From a virus (Duplodnaviria; Caudoviricetes), in IMG/VR virus record IMGVR_UViG_3300025383_000009: 64,000 bases of DNA; one strand, given 5' to 3'. Every line of letters starts with the position of its first letter. Position 1 is the stretch's first letter. The notes under the pieces were generated by a model that was not told the DNA's origin, did no database searches, and was given only the letters and a program-made list of their open reading frames with translations. A program made the translations under genes and the position numbers. Below, one piece after another: positions 24,303-33,187 of this stretch.

Positions 24303-24796
24303 TATATAATGTCTTGGAAGTTTTGTAAGATTGTATTAAGTAGCGAAGGAGAGATTAGTTTGATTCGTCGTTTACTTTCATTGACAGATATTTCATAATC
24401 AAAGTTACTTACCGATGCTGCACCCTCTGCGTTTGAGTTAACTACATATCCATTACGATCTACATAATGATGGGTGTTATACTCATTACCTGCACCATAC
24501 TTGTTTGTTACGTATTGACTTAGTTCTTGCTGTGGTAGTGGAAAGTCGTTTATATAGTCAAAGTTTTCATTGCATAGCATGACTACCCAATGATAGTATG
24601 GGCTACCATATACTTTCTCAGCTATGATCTCAGGAGTCTCACCATCCACAACGTCATATTGATCATATAGTGTAACGTTTGAAAGGATAGCAGTCCTTAC
24701 CCTAACGTTTGTAGTTACGTCAGTGACTAATTTATAGACAGTCTTACCATTGATCTGGTAGGGATATAAGAACGTTGGAAATTGATCGAAGTACAT
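24302..24796 (-). CDS. gp53: Baseplate wedge protein gp53
   Basis: MYFDQFP, DGETPEIIAEKVYGSPYYHWVVMLCN and NESKRRIKL motifs. Confidence 0.92.
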   Translation of the reverse strand: MYFDQFPTFLYPYQINGKTVYKLVTDVTTNVRVRTAILSNVTLYDQYDVVDGETPEIIAEKVYGSPYYHWVVMLCNENFDYINDFPLPQQELSQYVTNKYGAGNEYNTHHYVDRNGYVVNSNAEGAASVSNFDYEISVNESKRRIKLISPSLLNTILQNFQDII

Positions 24797-24799
24797 ATA

Positions 24800-25816
24800 T
24801 TATAGACCGTCCTGAATCTTCTCTTTTGTAAGGGTTGCAAGTTCTTTAAACACAAGAGTTATGTTGATTTGTGTAGGGTTACCATTATCAAACGAAGTAA
24901 ACTGACCGTTTGGTGAATAGTCAACTGTCATGTCTGTAAGTACACATGATGTATGTCTATTGATGTATAAGTTTTCCTGTGTACCATTATAGTAGAATAT
25001 ATCAAACTCAGAAGGATAGACGTATAAGAAGTTCTGTGCATCTTTAAACTCAGGATGCATATGAAGCTTAAACTGGTAGATGATGTTCTGTACATTTGCT
25101 GCTTCTTGAGCGTTTCTTGGATAGAATTGGTACTCAAACGTAAAGTCTCGGAACTCTACGCCTTTAAATATCTGTTCTTTCCTTGGATTTGGTGCTAGTC
25201 CAGTAAGCTTAGAGAACCCACCTGTACCAGGTATACTTAATCCAGCAGCAATAGCTGCAGCAGTTCCTTGGTTTGCTGCATCTTTTGAGATGTTAGATCC
25301 GCCTTTCTTCTCAGAGGCTTTCTTGAGTGCAGCTGTACCAGCTATGATACCTCCAATGATCTCATTATTTTCTGGTTCATAGTTAATAGTATACTTTGTA
25401 GACATCGTATTAGGATTGTGTAAAGCTATGGCTGTAGCTAATCGTCTTGTTTGTGCTGAGAACGAAGCTCCAAGTTTTTGTTCAGCTTCAGCTATTGGAC
25501 CTGATGCACCTTGTGTAGCAGTAGCTTGTCTTACTTGAGCAGCAAGGTCACTGTTATCTCGTGGAGTTAAGTCTTGTACTGTCTGTACTTGACCGTCTTT
25601 GATTAGCTTTGAGTCTGCTTGAGCGTTGATATAGAATATAACGTAGTTATTACCATACTCACCCAATGAACCCATTAAGTCTAAAGGATAAGAGAATGAA
25701 TCTACTTTATACTTGTTACTATCAAATGTAGCTGGTCCACCTCTAGCTGCATAAGTACTACTTCCAGAGTAATCACCTAACTTAACAGGGGTACCAGTAG
25801 TTTGGGTCGTTGCCAT
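24800..25816 (-). CDS. gp48: Baseplate tail-tube cap gp48
   Basis: NPRKEQIFKGVEFRDFTFEYQFYPRNAQEA...YPSEFDI motif. Confidence 0.88.
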   Translation of the reverse strand: MATTQTTGTPVKLGDYSGSSTYAARGGPATFDSNKYKVDSFSYPLDLMGSLGEYGNNYVIFYINAQADSKLIKDGQVQTVQDLTPRDNSDLAAQVRQATATQGASGPIAEAEQKLGASFSAQTRRLATAIALHNPNTMSTKYTINYEPENNEIIGGIIAGTAALKKASEKKGGSNISKDAANQGTAAAIAAGLSIPGTGGFSKLTGLAPNPRKEQIFKGVEFRDFTFEYQFYPRNAQEAANVQNIIYQFKLHMHPEFKDAQNFLYVYPSEFDIFYYNGTQENLYINRHTSCVLTDMTVDYSPNGQFTSFDNGNPTQINITLVFKELATLTKEKIQDGL

Positions 25817-25840
25817 TTATAATCCTAAACGTTTATTGTT

Positions 25841-25855
25841 TATTTATAATAAATA
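25841..25855. promoter_or_regulatory. Back-to-back late promoters (TATAAATA on minus, AATAAATA on plus)
   Basis: Overlapping motifs in the divergent gap between gp48 and gp4. Confidence 0.7.
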
Positions 25856-25861
25856 CCATAG

Positions 25862-26299
25862 ATGTTCCATAAACGAATGTACAAGCCAATGTTTCCTGAG
25901 AAGTACGAGGGAGACCCCACTAATATAGTGATGAGATCAAGCTGGGAGACCCGCTTTGCATCATGGTGTGATAAGAACCCATCAGTAGTCAAGTGGCTGT
26001 CAGAGGAGACAATCATACCTTATAGGTGTCCCACTGATAACAGGATCCACAGGTACTTTGTAGACTTTAAGATAAAGGTTCGTACGAAAGATAACCAGAT
26101 CAAGACATACCTCGTTGAGGTTAAACCTGCCAAACAAACCCAACCACCAGAGTTTCCAGGTCGTCAGACCAAAAGATACCTCACAGAGTCACTCACGTTC
26201 ATGAAGAACCAAGCAAAGTGGAGAGCTGCAAACGAATGGTGTAAAGACCGGAATTGGGAATTCATCATCATAACCGAGAACGAACTAGGTCTAAATTAG
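25862..26299 (+). CDS. gp4: Head completion nuclease gp4 (TnsA-like endonuclease)
   Basis: KYEGDPTNIVMRSSWE, HRYFVDF and VEVKPAKQT motifs. Confidence 0.92.
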   Translation: MFHKRMYKPMFPEKYEGDPTNIVMRSSWETRFASWCDKNPSVVKWLSEETIIPYRCPTDNRIHRYFVDFKIKVRTKDNQIKTYLVEVKPAKQTQPPEFPGRQTKRYLTESLTFMKNQAKWRAANEWCKDRNWEFIIITENELGLN

Positions 26300-26301
26300 C
26301 A

Positions 26302-26309
26302 TATAAATA
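26302..26309 (+). promoter_or_regulatory. Late promoter TATAAATA
   Basis: Exact consensus 4 nt before the gp2 start codon. Confidence 0.7.
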
Positions 26310-26313
26310 ACAA

Positions 26314-26907
26314 ATGGCTACAAAACAACAACTAAGAGATGTATTTGCTAAAAACCAATACGAGTTAAAAGACGCAGCAAAGAGATCTCGTACATGGTTC
26401 CAGCAGCAAGCTAGGTTATTACAGACACAAGCTATAACTCCAAATAAAGTATTAAAGGGAGATGCAAGCGCTAACGTGACTTCTATACAACCTGGAAGCT
26501 TGTACATGTTCTTATATGATCCAAAGACAAAAGACGACCTACCATACTATGACGTGTTTCCTCTTGTATTCCCATATAAGAAGATAGGTAACAAAGGGTT
26601 TATTGGGTTAAACATGCATTATCTACCATACTACCATCGTGTACAGCTATTACAAAGACTGATGGAGTATGCAAGTAATACAAAGATGAATGATACAACA
26701 AAGCTTAAGTATTCATGGAACTTAATAAATGGGGTGTCTAGGTTTAAATGGGCAGAACCATGTATCCACCAGTATCTAAATAGTCATATTAAATCAAATA
26801 TGAGGAAGATATCACCACAAGACTGGACGACAGCTATGCTATTACCTGTAGAGCAGTTTGTAGGTGCAAATAAAGCAACAGTCTGGAAGGACTCAGTAGG
26901 AGCATAA
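26314..26907 (+). CDS. gp2: DNA end protector gp2
   Basis: LYMFLYDPKTKDDLPYYDVFPLV and GLNMHYLP motifs. Confidence 0.92.
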   Translation: MATKQQLRDVFAKNQYELKDAAKRSRTWFQQQARLLQTQAITPNKVLKGDASANVTSIQPGSLYMFLYDPKTKDDLPYYDVFPLVFPYKKIGNKGFIGLNMHYLPYYHRVQLLQRLMEYASNTKMNDTTKLKYSWNLINGVSRFKWAEPCIHQYLNSHIKSNMRKISPQDWTTAMLLPVEQFVGANKATVWKDSVGA

Positions 26908-27584
26908 TGGCTACTTTAAACCAATTCATATCATCTATAGCTAATGAAGGCCTAATGAAGATGTCACGTTTCAACGTGACCTTTACTCCGCCTAATGCTA
27001 TAGCTGATGGTCCTTACTTAAGGGATCTCAGGAAAATATTACTGTACTGTGATACTATCAGCTTACCAGGTTTATCATTAGCTACCACAGAAGCAAAGAC
27101 GTTTGGTGAAATAAGAGAGATGCCATATCAAAAGCTCTTTGAAACTACCAACATGACTTTCTATGTAGATAACGCTATGATAGTTAAACTTCTGTTTGAT
27201 AATTGGATTGGAGCAGTACAAGATCCTGTAACAAGGTCTTTTAATTACTATGATGACTACATAACAGATATGTCAGTAGAAGTATTTGATGTCAATGAAA
27301 ACAGTAGATACACACTAAACATGTATCAGTGTTATCCTAAGGCCATAGGCGCTATACAAATGGACTATCAAAGTAAAGACCTAATGAAAGTAAGCGTTAC
27401 GATGAACTATAAATACTGGACTGCTGTAGGTTCTAAGAGCTCTATAAATGGAGATATATCTCCTGTACCTAATGCATACTTTACTAATTTTAATCAGTTC
27501 CAAACTGGAGTAAATCAAGGCATGCCACCTCCGCCTCCTCCAATACAGAACGTAACTAATACAATACCAACGCCACAATTTTAA
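26907..27584 (+). CDS. gp54: Tail tube initiator, gp54/gp19 family
   Basis: LYCDTISLPG, REMPY, TFYVD and LNMYQCYPKAIGAI motifs. Confidence 0.7.
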   Translation: MATLNQFISSIANEGLMKMSRFNVTFTPPNAIADGPYLRDLRKILLYCDTISLPGLSLATTEAKTFGEIREMPYQKLFETTNMTFYVDNAMIVKLLFDNWIGAVQDPVTRSFNYYDDYITDMSVEVFDVNENSRYTLNMYQCYPKAIGAIQMDYQSKDLMKVSVTMNYKYWTAVGSKSSINGDISPVPNAYFTNFNQFQTGVNQGMPPPPPPIQNVTNTIPTPQF

Positions 27585-27594
27585 GGAGAGAGAA

Positions 27595-28071
27595 ATGGCT
27601 GCAGCAAAAGAAGATTTTATGACCACAAAATGGAGACCGATGATGGCTATGACATACATGGCTACTATCATATTTGACTTCATTGTAGGACCGATCATAT
27701 TCAACGTATTACAATACTGGAATCCAGGTCAGGCAGTTACAAGTTGGACACCACTAACACTACAAGGCGGTGGTCTATATCACCTTGCAATGGGTGCTAT
27801 CCTTGGTATCTCAGCTCTTACACGCGGACAAGAGAAGATCGCTCAAATTAATGCAGGTGCAAATGATCCAGCACCACAAGCTCCTGTGATGAACTTACCA
27901 GTTGGTAATACACCACAACAAACATGGGCACAAGATCCAGTACAACAACAATCAGTACAACAAGCTCCTGTGACAGTTGATGTCTCAGTTGGTGCTCCAC
28001 CTCCAGCATTTGGTGCACCACCAGTTGCAGATCCAACAGTAAGAGCAACACCTACACGTAAGATTACGTAA
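27595..28071 (+). CDS. Putative holin (GTA 3-TM holin family) with Pro/Gln-rich tail
   Basis: KWRPMMAMTYMATIIFDF...LTLQGGGLYHLAMGAILGISA. Confidence 0.7.
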   Translation: MAAAKEDFMTTKWRPMMAMTYMATIIFDFIVGPIIFNVLQYWNPGQAVTSWTPLTLQGGGLYHLAMGAILGISALTRGQEKIAQINAGANDPAPQAPVMNLPVGNTPQQTWAQDPVQQQSVQQAPVTVDVSVGAPPPAFGAPPVADPTVRATPTRKIT

Positions 28072-28086
28072 TATAAAGGTATTATT

Positions 28087-28521
28087 ATGAAAGCTGATGA
28101 AAATTTATCAAAGATTTTTGATGTAGAACCTCTTAAACAGGGTGAAGTTGCAAGCACGGGACAAGAGATTGTCCCAGCTTCAAACAAGATGGAAGAGAAC
28201 GTGGATTATGACTATGACTCAGCTCGTAATAATCTACATAAATTATTGAATCAAGGACAAGATGCATTATATCATGCTTTGGAAATAGCCAAGCAATCTG
28301 AGCATCCAAGAGCCTTTGAGGTTGTAGGTAACTTAATGAAACAGTTAGCTGACACTAATGAACAACTGTTAACACTAAGTGAACGTAAGCAAAAACTAGA
28401 TGCTCCTAAGCAGCAAGATGGAAATGCATCTGGTAAGCAAGTGACGAATAACAACGCGATATTCGTGGGATCTACTTCAGAACTATCTAAAATGATTAAA
28501 AACCTGAATAAAAATGATTAA
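28087..28521 (+). CDS. gp16: Terminase small subunit gp16
   Basis: DYDSARNNL, EHPRAFEV and NNAIFVGSTSEL motifs. Confidence 0.88.
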   Translation: MKADENLSKIFDVEPLKQGEVASTGQEIVPASNKMEENVDYDYDSARNNLHKLLNQGQDALYHALEIAKQSEHPRAFEVVGNLMKQLADTNEQLLTLSERKQKLDAPKQQDGNASGKQVTNNNAIFVGSTSELSKMIKNLNKND

Positions 28522-29086
28522 ACCTACATATCTTTATATTAAACATCATACTATAACTGGAATGAATTATTTCGGTAAAACTACACGAAATGATATTGAT
28601 AAGTATTTAGGATCTGGTAAATATTGGATTAATCATATAAACAAGCATGGTAAAGAGCATGTTATAACTATGTGGGTTTCTGAGCCATTTATTGATAAAA
28701 GCAAATTAATTAAATATGCTAAGCTTATATCAGAAGAATTTAATATAGTTAACTCTGATAAATGGGCAAATTTAAGAGAAGAAAATGGAATTGATGGTGC
28801 ACCTATAGGATACAGTCATTCAGACGAATCTAGAAAAATAATGTCTGAATCACACAAAGGTATTAGTAATAAAATCAGTGATGAAGCAAAAAAGAGAATG
28901 TCAGAAGCACAAAAGAAAAGAATTATTACTAAGGAACACAGAGCTAAAATTGGACTTAGTATATCGCAAAACACAAAGGGCAAATTGAAACCTAAAACAA
29001 TATGTCCAGTATGTGGTGTGACAGGAGGAAACAACGTTATGAAACGTTGGCATTTTAATAATTGTAAAAATAATGTAGGAGAATAG
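28514..29086 (+). mobile_element. Free-standing GIY-YIG homing endonuclease (Seg-like) with NUMOD3 repeats
   Basis: TYLYIKHHTITGMNYFGKT, YLGSG and HSDESRKIMSESHKG; AT-rich relative to neighbours. Confidence 0.85.
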
Positions 29087-29087
29087 T

Positions 29088-29801
29088 ATGGCATTACCAA
29101 TTAATACCACGCCGGTATATACGTTAACGTTACCTTCAACAGGTAAAGATATTAAGTATAGGCCATTTTTAGTAAAAGAAGAGAAAGCATTACTGATCGC
29201 TAATCAATCAGAAGACATTAAGGTCATGGTTGAGTCTCTTAAACAAGTCATCAAGGCTTGTATTAAGGATACAGTAGATGTCAATACATTCTCTACGTTT
29301 GACCTTGAATACGTGTTTACACAGATTCGAGCAAAGTCTGTAGGTGAGATGGTTGACTTGTATCTTAAATGCGATACATGTGAAGATGAAAAAGCAGTAG
29401 CAAAGGTTACTATTGATCTTACTACTCTAACTGTTGAAAAAGATCCAAGTCATACAAATAAGATAGGATTATTTAGTGATGTAGGTGTCATCATGAAATA
29501 TCCTACAGTTGATGTAGTTAATAGATTACAAAACATCGATCAAACCGACATGGATGAAGTATTTTCATTAGTGATTGATTGTATAGATTCAATTTATACA
29601 TCTGACGAGATGTTTTCAACTAAAGATCAGACAAAAGCAGAATTAATGGAGTTCTTAAACAACCTTACTTCTGATCAGTTTGCAAAGATCCAGGCATTCT
29701 TTGAGACTATGCCTAAGTTGCAACACACTATTGATTATACATGCCCGGTATGTAACAAAGAGCATCATAAAGTATTAGAGGGACTCAACAGTTTTTTTTA
29801 A
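29088..29801 (+). CDS. gp26: Baseplate hub assembly protein gp26
   Basis: MALPINTTPVYTLTLPSTGKDIKYRPFLVKEEKALL...CPVCN...LEGLNSFF. Confidence 0.92.
   Translation: MALPINTTPVYTLTLPSTGKDIKYRPFLVKEEKALLIANQSEDIKVMVESLKQVIKACIKDTVDVNTFSTFDLEYVFTQIRAKSVGEMVDLYLKCDTCEDEKAVAKVTIDLTTLTVEKDPSHTNKIGLFSDVGVIMKYPTVDVVNRLQNIDQTDMDEVFSLVIDCIDSIYTSDEMFSTKDQTKAELMEFLNNLTSDQFAKIQAFFETMPKLQHTIDYTCPVCNKEHHKVLEGLNSFF
29792..29798 (+). other. Candidate -1 programmed ribosomal frameshift heptamer T TTT TTT
   Basis: Last two codons of gp26; the -1 frame enters gp51; SD-like GAGG 10 nt upstream. Confidence 0.7.
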
Positions 29802-29980
29802 TTAATCTCTCTCATGAGTCATTGCATAATTACTATAAGATGAATTTTGCACTGATGCAGTATCACCATTATGCACTAAGTGATATAGAAAACATGATAC
29901 CATTTGAGAGAGAAATCTATGTGGCTATGTTGATTAAGTACTTAGAAGAAGAAAAGAAAAGGATAGAGAGTAGAAGGTAA
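29798..29980 (+). CDS. gp51: Baseplate hub assembly catalyst gp51, missed by the ORF track and probably made as a gp26 fusion
   Basis: -1 frame reads LINLSHESLHNYYKMNFALMQYHHYALSDIENMIPFEREIYVAMLIKYLEEEKKRIESRR*; first ATG only at 29840. Confidence 0.85.
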   Translation, partial: LINLSHESLHNYYKMNFALMQYHHYALSDIENMIPFEREIYVAMLIKYLEEEKKRIESRR

Positions 29981-31611
29981 TGGCAAAGAAACAAGATCCT
30001 AGTATGAACTTATCTTATATACTTAAGAAGCAGGAAGAAGAAAAACTTTCTGGCTTAAGTGCTAATGTTGCGTCTCAGTTGACAGAAGCTGGAGTAAATC
30101 CTACAGCTACACCGAAAGAAGCTACTCGACAATCAACTAAAGAAAAGCCAACACCTCAACTTAATATAACTCCAGTATTAACTGAACTAAAATCACTTAA
30201 CAATAATATGTTAAAAGTAGTAAAATCCATGGCAGAAAACAATGGATTACTTAAGACTCTTGTTAAGAATTCTAAGGAAGCTAAGTCATCTAAAAATAAT
30301 CTTACTGAAGATAAACTTGAAGATCAAAACTTTAAAGACAAGTTAATGGATTTAATAATTGGTATCAAAGCTGGTACTGATAAGATTGAGAAGCCTAAGA
30401 AAGGTTTCTTTGATGATTTAGGTAAATGGGCTGCAGGACTTGCTTTAGCTCTTGGTGCACTTATTGGTTGGATTCAAGCTAAAGTTAAGTTCTTGTCTAG
30501 ATTTATCCCAGATAACTTATTAGAATCAGTTAAAAAAAGGTTTGCAAATATTGGTAAGTTCTTTGAAGAACTAATAGCTCCACTTAAAGAAAGATTTGGT
30601 AAAGCATTTGGAAAAATAGCAGCATTCTTTGAACAAACTTTTAGTAAAATTAAGAAGTTACTTAGCTTTGATAAAGAGGCTAGTATTTTTGCAGAACTAG
30701 GTAAAGCTTTTAAAGCGTTCATATCACCATTTAAAAATGCATTTAGGATCTTAAGAGTCTTAGTATCTGGCCCTATAAAAGAAGTTGAAGGCATATTTAG
30801 TGGTATAGCAAAGTTTGTTAAGACATTTAGCGGAGTTATAGGTAAAGTAGCATCAATAATAAAAATTATTGGAGAACCAATCCTAATCATCATGGCTATC
30901 TATGATACGGTAAAAGGTGCAATTGAAGGGTTCAAAAAAGAAGGTATAGTTGGTGCAGTTAAAGGTGCATTAAAAGGATTATTCGATGCAACTATTGGAG
31001 GGTTCTTAGACTTAATTAAAGATATAGGATCTTGGGTACTAGAAAAGATTGGGTTTAAATCAGCTGCTAAGTTTTTAGATTCATTCTCGTTTAAAGATTT
31101 ATACAGTAAATTCTTGGACTTAATGTTTGCCCCAGCAAAATGGTTCCAAGATATGCTATTATCTTTATGGAATACTGTTAAGAGTATACAGATAGGACCA
31201 TTTAGTATATTCGGTAAGAAACTTGGTCCATGGAAACCTTTTGCATCTTTAGGTGGAAGTGATACATCGACACCGTCTGATAATACAAGTGCATCACCAA
31301 CTTCTTCAGAATCATCTGATAATACAAGTGCAACACCTACGCCGACACCTGCGACATCAGTAAGTCCAGCATCAAATAGTGTACAATCATCTGATCTAGC
31401 TCCATCAAGCAGACAAACAGCTGATACTGTTTATACAAGATCTGGAGAAAATGCTGGTATAGCACAAGCTTCTCCAGCTTCAGCACCAGTTTCAGTGGTT
31501 AATGCACCAACGACAATAACAAAACAAACATCTAATAACTTGATTAAGCTCCCGGTACGGGATGAAGATACTACTATCCAGCAGTATTATAGATCAAGGT
31601 TCGCATATTAA
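29980..31611 (+). CDS. Tape-measure-like protein (gp29 position)
   Basis: 543 aa, alpha-helical with F/K/G repeats; follows gp26/gp51; TAATG coupling. Confidence 0.7.
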   Translation: MAKKQDPSMNLSYILKKQEEEKLSGLSANVASQLTEAGVNPTATPKEATRQSTKEKPTPQLNITPVLTELKSLNNNMLKVVKSMAENNGLLKTLVKNSKEAKSSKNNLTEDKLEDQNFKDKLMDLIIGIKAGTDKIEKPKKGFFDDLGKWAAGLALALGALIGWIQAKVKFLSRFIPDNLLESVKKRFANIGKFFEELIAPLKERFGKAFGKIAAFFEQTFSKIKKLLSFDKEASIFAELGKAFKAFISPFKNAFRILRVLVSGPIKEVEGIFSGIAKFVKTFSGVIGKVASIIKIIGEPILIIMAIYDTVKGAIEGFKKEGIVGAVKGALKGLFDATIGGFLDLIKDIGSWVLEKIGFKSAAKFLDSFSFKDLYSKFLDLMFAPAKWFQDMLLSLWNTVKSIQIGPFSIFGKKLGPWKPFASLGGSDTSTPSDNTSASPTSSESSDNTSATPTPTPATSVSPASNSVQSSDLAPSSRQTADTVYTRSGENAGIAQASPASAPVSVVNAPTTITKQTSNNLIKLPVRDEDTTIQQYYRSRFAY

Positions 31612-31634
31612 AAAAGGGAGCTTTCGCTCCCTTT
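31610..31634. terminator. Bidirectional intrinsic terminator
   Basis: AAAGGGAGC-TTTC-GCTCCCTTT stem with A/T tails between convergent genes. Confidence 0.85.
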
Positions 31635-31637
31635 CTC

Positions 31638-32552
31638 TTATCCTTCGTCAGCTATCTTCTGAAAGAAACTCATATCGAATTCATCATCCGCATTGATCTC
31701 AGGCGCCTTTGATGCTATCGTAGGGGCTGGAGCCGATGGGTATGATGGAGGTGGAGCTACTGGCAACGGATCAGCTGATAGTTGTTCTGCTGTCGGTGTT
31801 GCTGTACCACCACTCAATACTGCATCTAACTTAGCTTTTAACTCGTCATATGACTTAAAGTTAGAAGCAGCAAGAAACTCTGACAGTTTGTGTTGAGCGT
31901 TTACTACTTCAAGGATACCTTCATCTGTAGATGCCACTGAAGTAGGTTCTGCAAACACTGATTGGTCATAGTTAGGATAACCTTCAACAGTACGCATACG
32001 GATCTTGAAGTTTGCACCTTCCCATAAGTCAAACACGTTGACTGGTTTTTCATCTTCAAACGTTGGTCTTGCTTTGTTCATGATCATATCAAATATCTTT
32101 TTACCATACTTGAATAGCATGACTTTGCCATTGTTTTCTGGGTGTACAGGGTCTGATACAACTAAGATGTTTGAGATGAAGTTTAATCTACGTTTTTGTG
32201 TACGTGCGATCTCTTTGTTTGCATCTGAACCAGAGTTCCATAGCTTGGTGTTAAGTTCACCAACTGGATCGTTCTGACCTAGTGTCGTGAGTGAGTTCTC
32301 AATGTACCATTTACCTGTTGGTCCTTGGAATCCATGTGAGAAGATCTTTACCCATGGTAACTCATCACCTTCCACTCTTGGTAAGAAACGGATAACTGCA
32401 GCTGCATTACCTGCTTTATCTCTTTCTAATTTCCAAAAGCGATCGTCTGTGTAAGACTTAGTATCTGAGGAGGGGTTTACTGTCTTTTCGAATGCTGATG
32501 CTATAGCACCGAAGTCTTGATTGCGCGAAGCGCGGAGTGTGTTAATGTCCAT
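31638..32552 (-). CDS. gp32: Single-stranded DNA-binding protein gp32
   Basis: DDRFWKLERDKAGN, IRFLP, HGFQGPTGKWYIENSLTT motifs; acidic tail. Confidence 0.95.
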   Translation of the reverse strand: MDINTLRASRNQDFGAIASAFEKTVNPSSDTKSYTDDRFWKLERDKAGNAAAVIRFLPRVEGDELPWVKIFSHGFQGPTGKWYIENSLTTLGQNDPVGELNTKLWNSGSDANKEIARTQKRRLNFISNILVVSDPVHPENNGKVMLFKYGKKIFDMIMNKARPTFEDEKPVNVFDLWEGANFKIRMRTVEGYPNYDQSVFAEPTSVASTDEGILEVVNAQHKLSEFLAASNFKSYDELKAKLDAVLSGGTATPTAEQLSADPLPVAPPPSYPSAPAPTIASKAPEINADDEFDMSFFQKIADEG

Positions 32553-32609
32553 CGTATTTTCCTTTTAACGTTGTATTAATGTGTATAGAGCATGACTTCT
32601 GCTCAGCTT

Positions 32610-32617
32610 TATTTATA
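32610..32617 (-). promoter_or_regulatory. Late promoter TATAAATA upstream of gp32
   Basis: Exact consensus. Confidence 0.65.
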
Positions 32618-32644
32618 CATCCACACATCACGAATGCAATAAAT

Positions 32645-32872
32645 TTATATATCAAGAGTACCTTTTTTGGGGAGGTAGTTATTCTCTATCATGTTCAATT
32701 CAATCTTTTGTTTGAGGTTCTTATTGATTAACTTACTGATATCTTCAGGATCAATGAAGTTCTTTTCACAGTATAGTAAGACTGCATCCATATGAGAGAT
32801 TCGTTTATCTACCACTAGCTCTTCAATAAACAAAGCAAACTCATTTGTGGTCTTAAATATACGGCCTTCCAT
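32645..32872 (-). CDS. gp33: Late transcription co-activator gp33
   Basis: FALFIEELV...HMDAVLLYCEKNFIDPEDISKLINKNLKQKIE. Confidence 0.85.
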   Translation of the reverse strand: MEGRIFKTTNEFALFIEELVVDKRISHMDAVLLYCEKNFIDPEDISKLINKNLKQKIELNMIENNYLPKKGTLDI

Positions 32873-33132
32873 TACAGCATACCTAGATAATAATCTGTCA
32901 TCTTGATATTGTGCTTGATGTTCTCAAAAGCCTTATACTTATCGTTATATGCTTTCCAGACTGGCGATGTCTTATCTGTAGTAGCATTCATCTGATCATC
33001 GAATAATTCAAGGTACTCCTCGAAGAAAACGTTTAGTTCATTAAGATTCTTATTAAGTTCACCTTTTACCCTGATTAGTTCTGCTTTGTTACCTGTTTGG
33101 TAACTATGATTTATATGTTGAGCCACGTTCAT
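32872..33132 (-). CDS. Hypothetical protein
   Basis: 86 aa; RBS present; downstream of a TGTACA-type promoter. Confidence 0.6.
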   Translation of the reverse strand: MNVAQHINHSYQTGNKAELIRVKGELNKNLNELNVFFEEYLELFDDQMNATTDKTSPVWKAYNDKYKAFENIKHNIKMTDYYLGML

Positions 33133-33156
33133 GTCCTATTCCTGATTTAAAATAAC

Positions 33157-33185
33157 ATTATACCATGATAAAGAATTAATGTACA
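33157..33185 (-). promoter_or_regulatory. Promoter TGTACA-N17-TATAAT
   Basis: Member of an eight-copy motif family. Confidence 0.75.
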
Positions 33186-33187
33186 TG

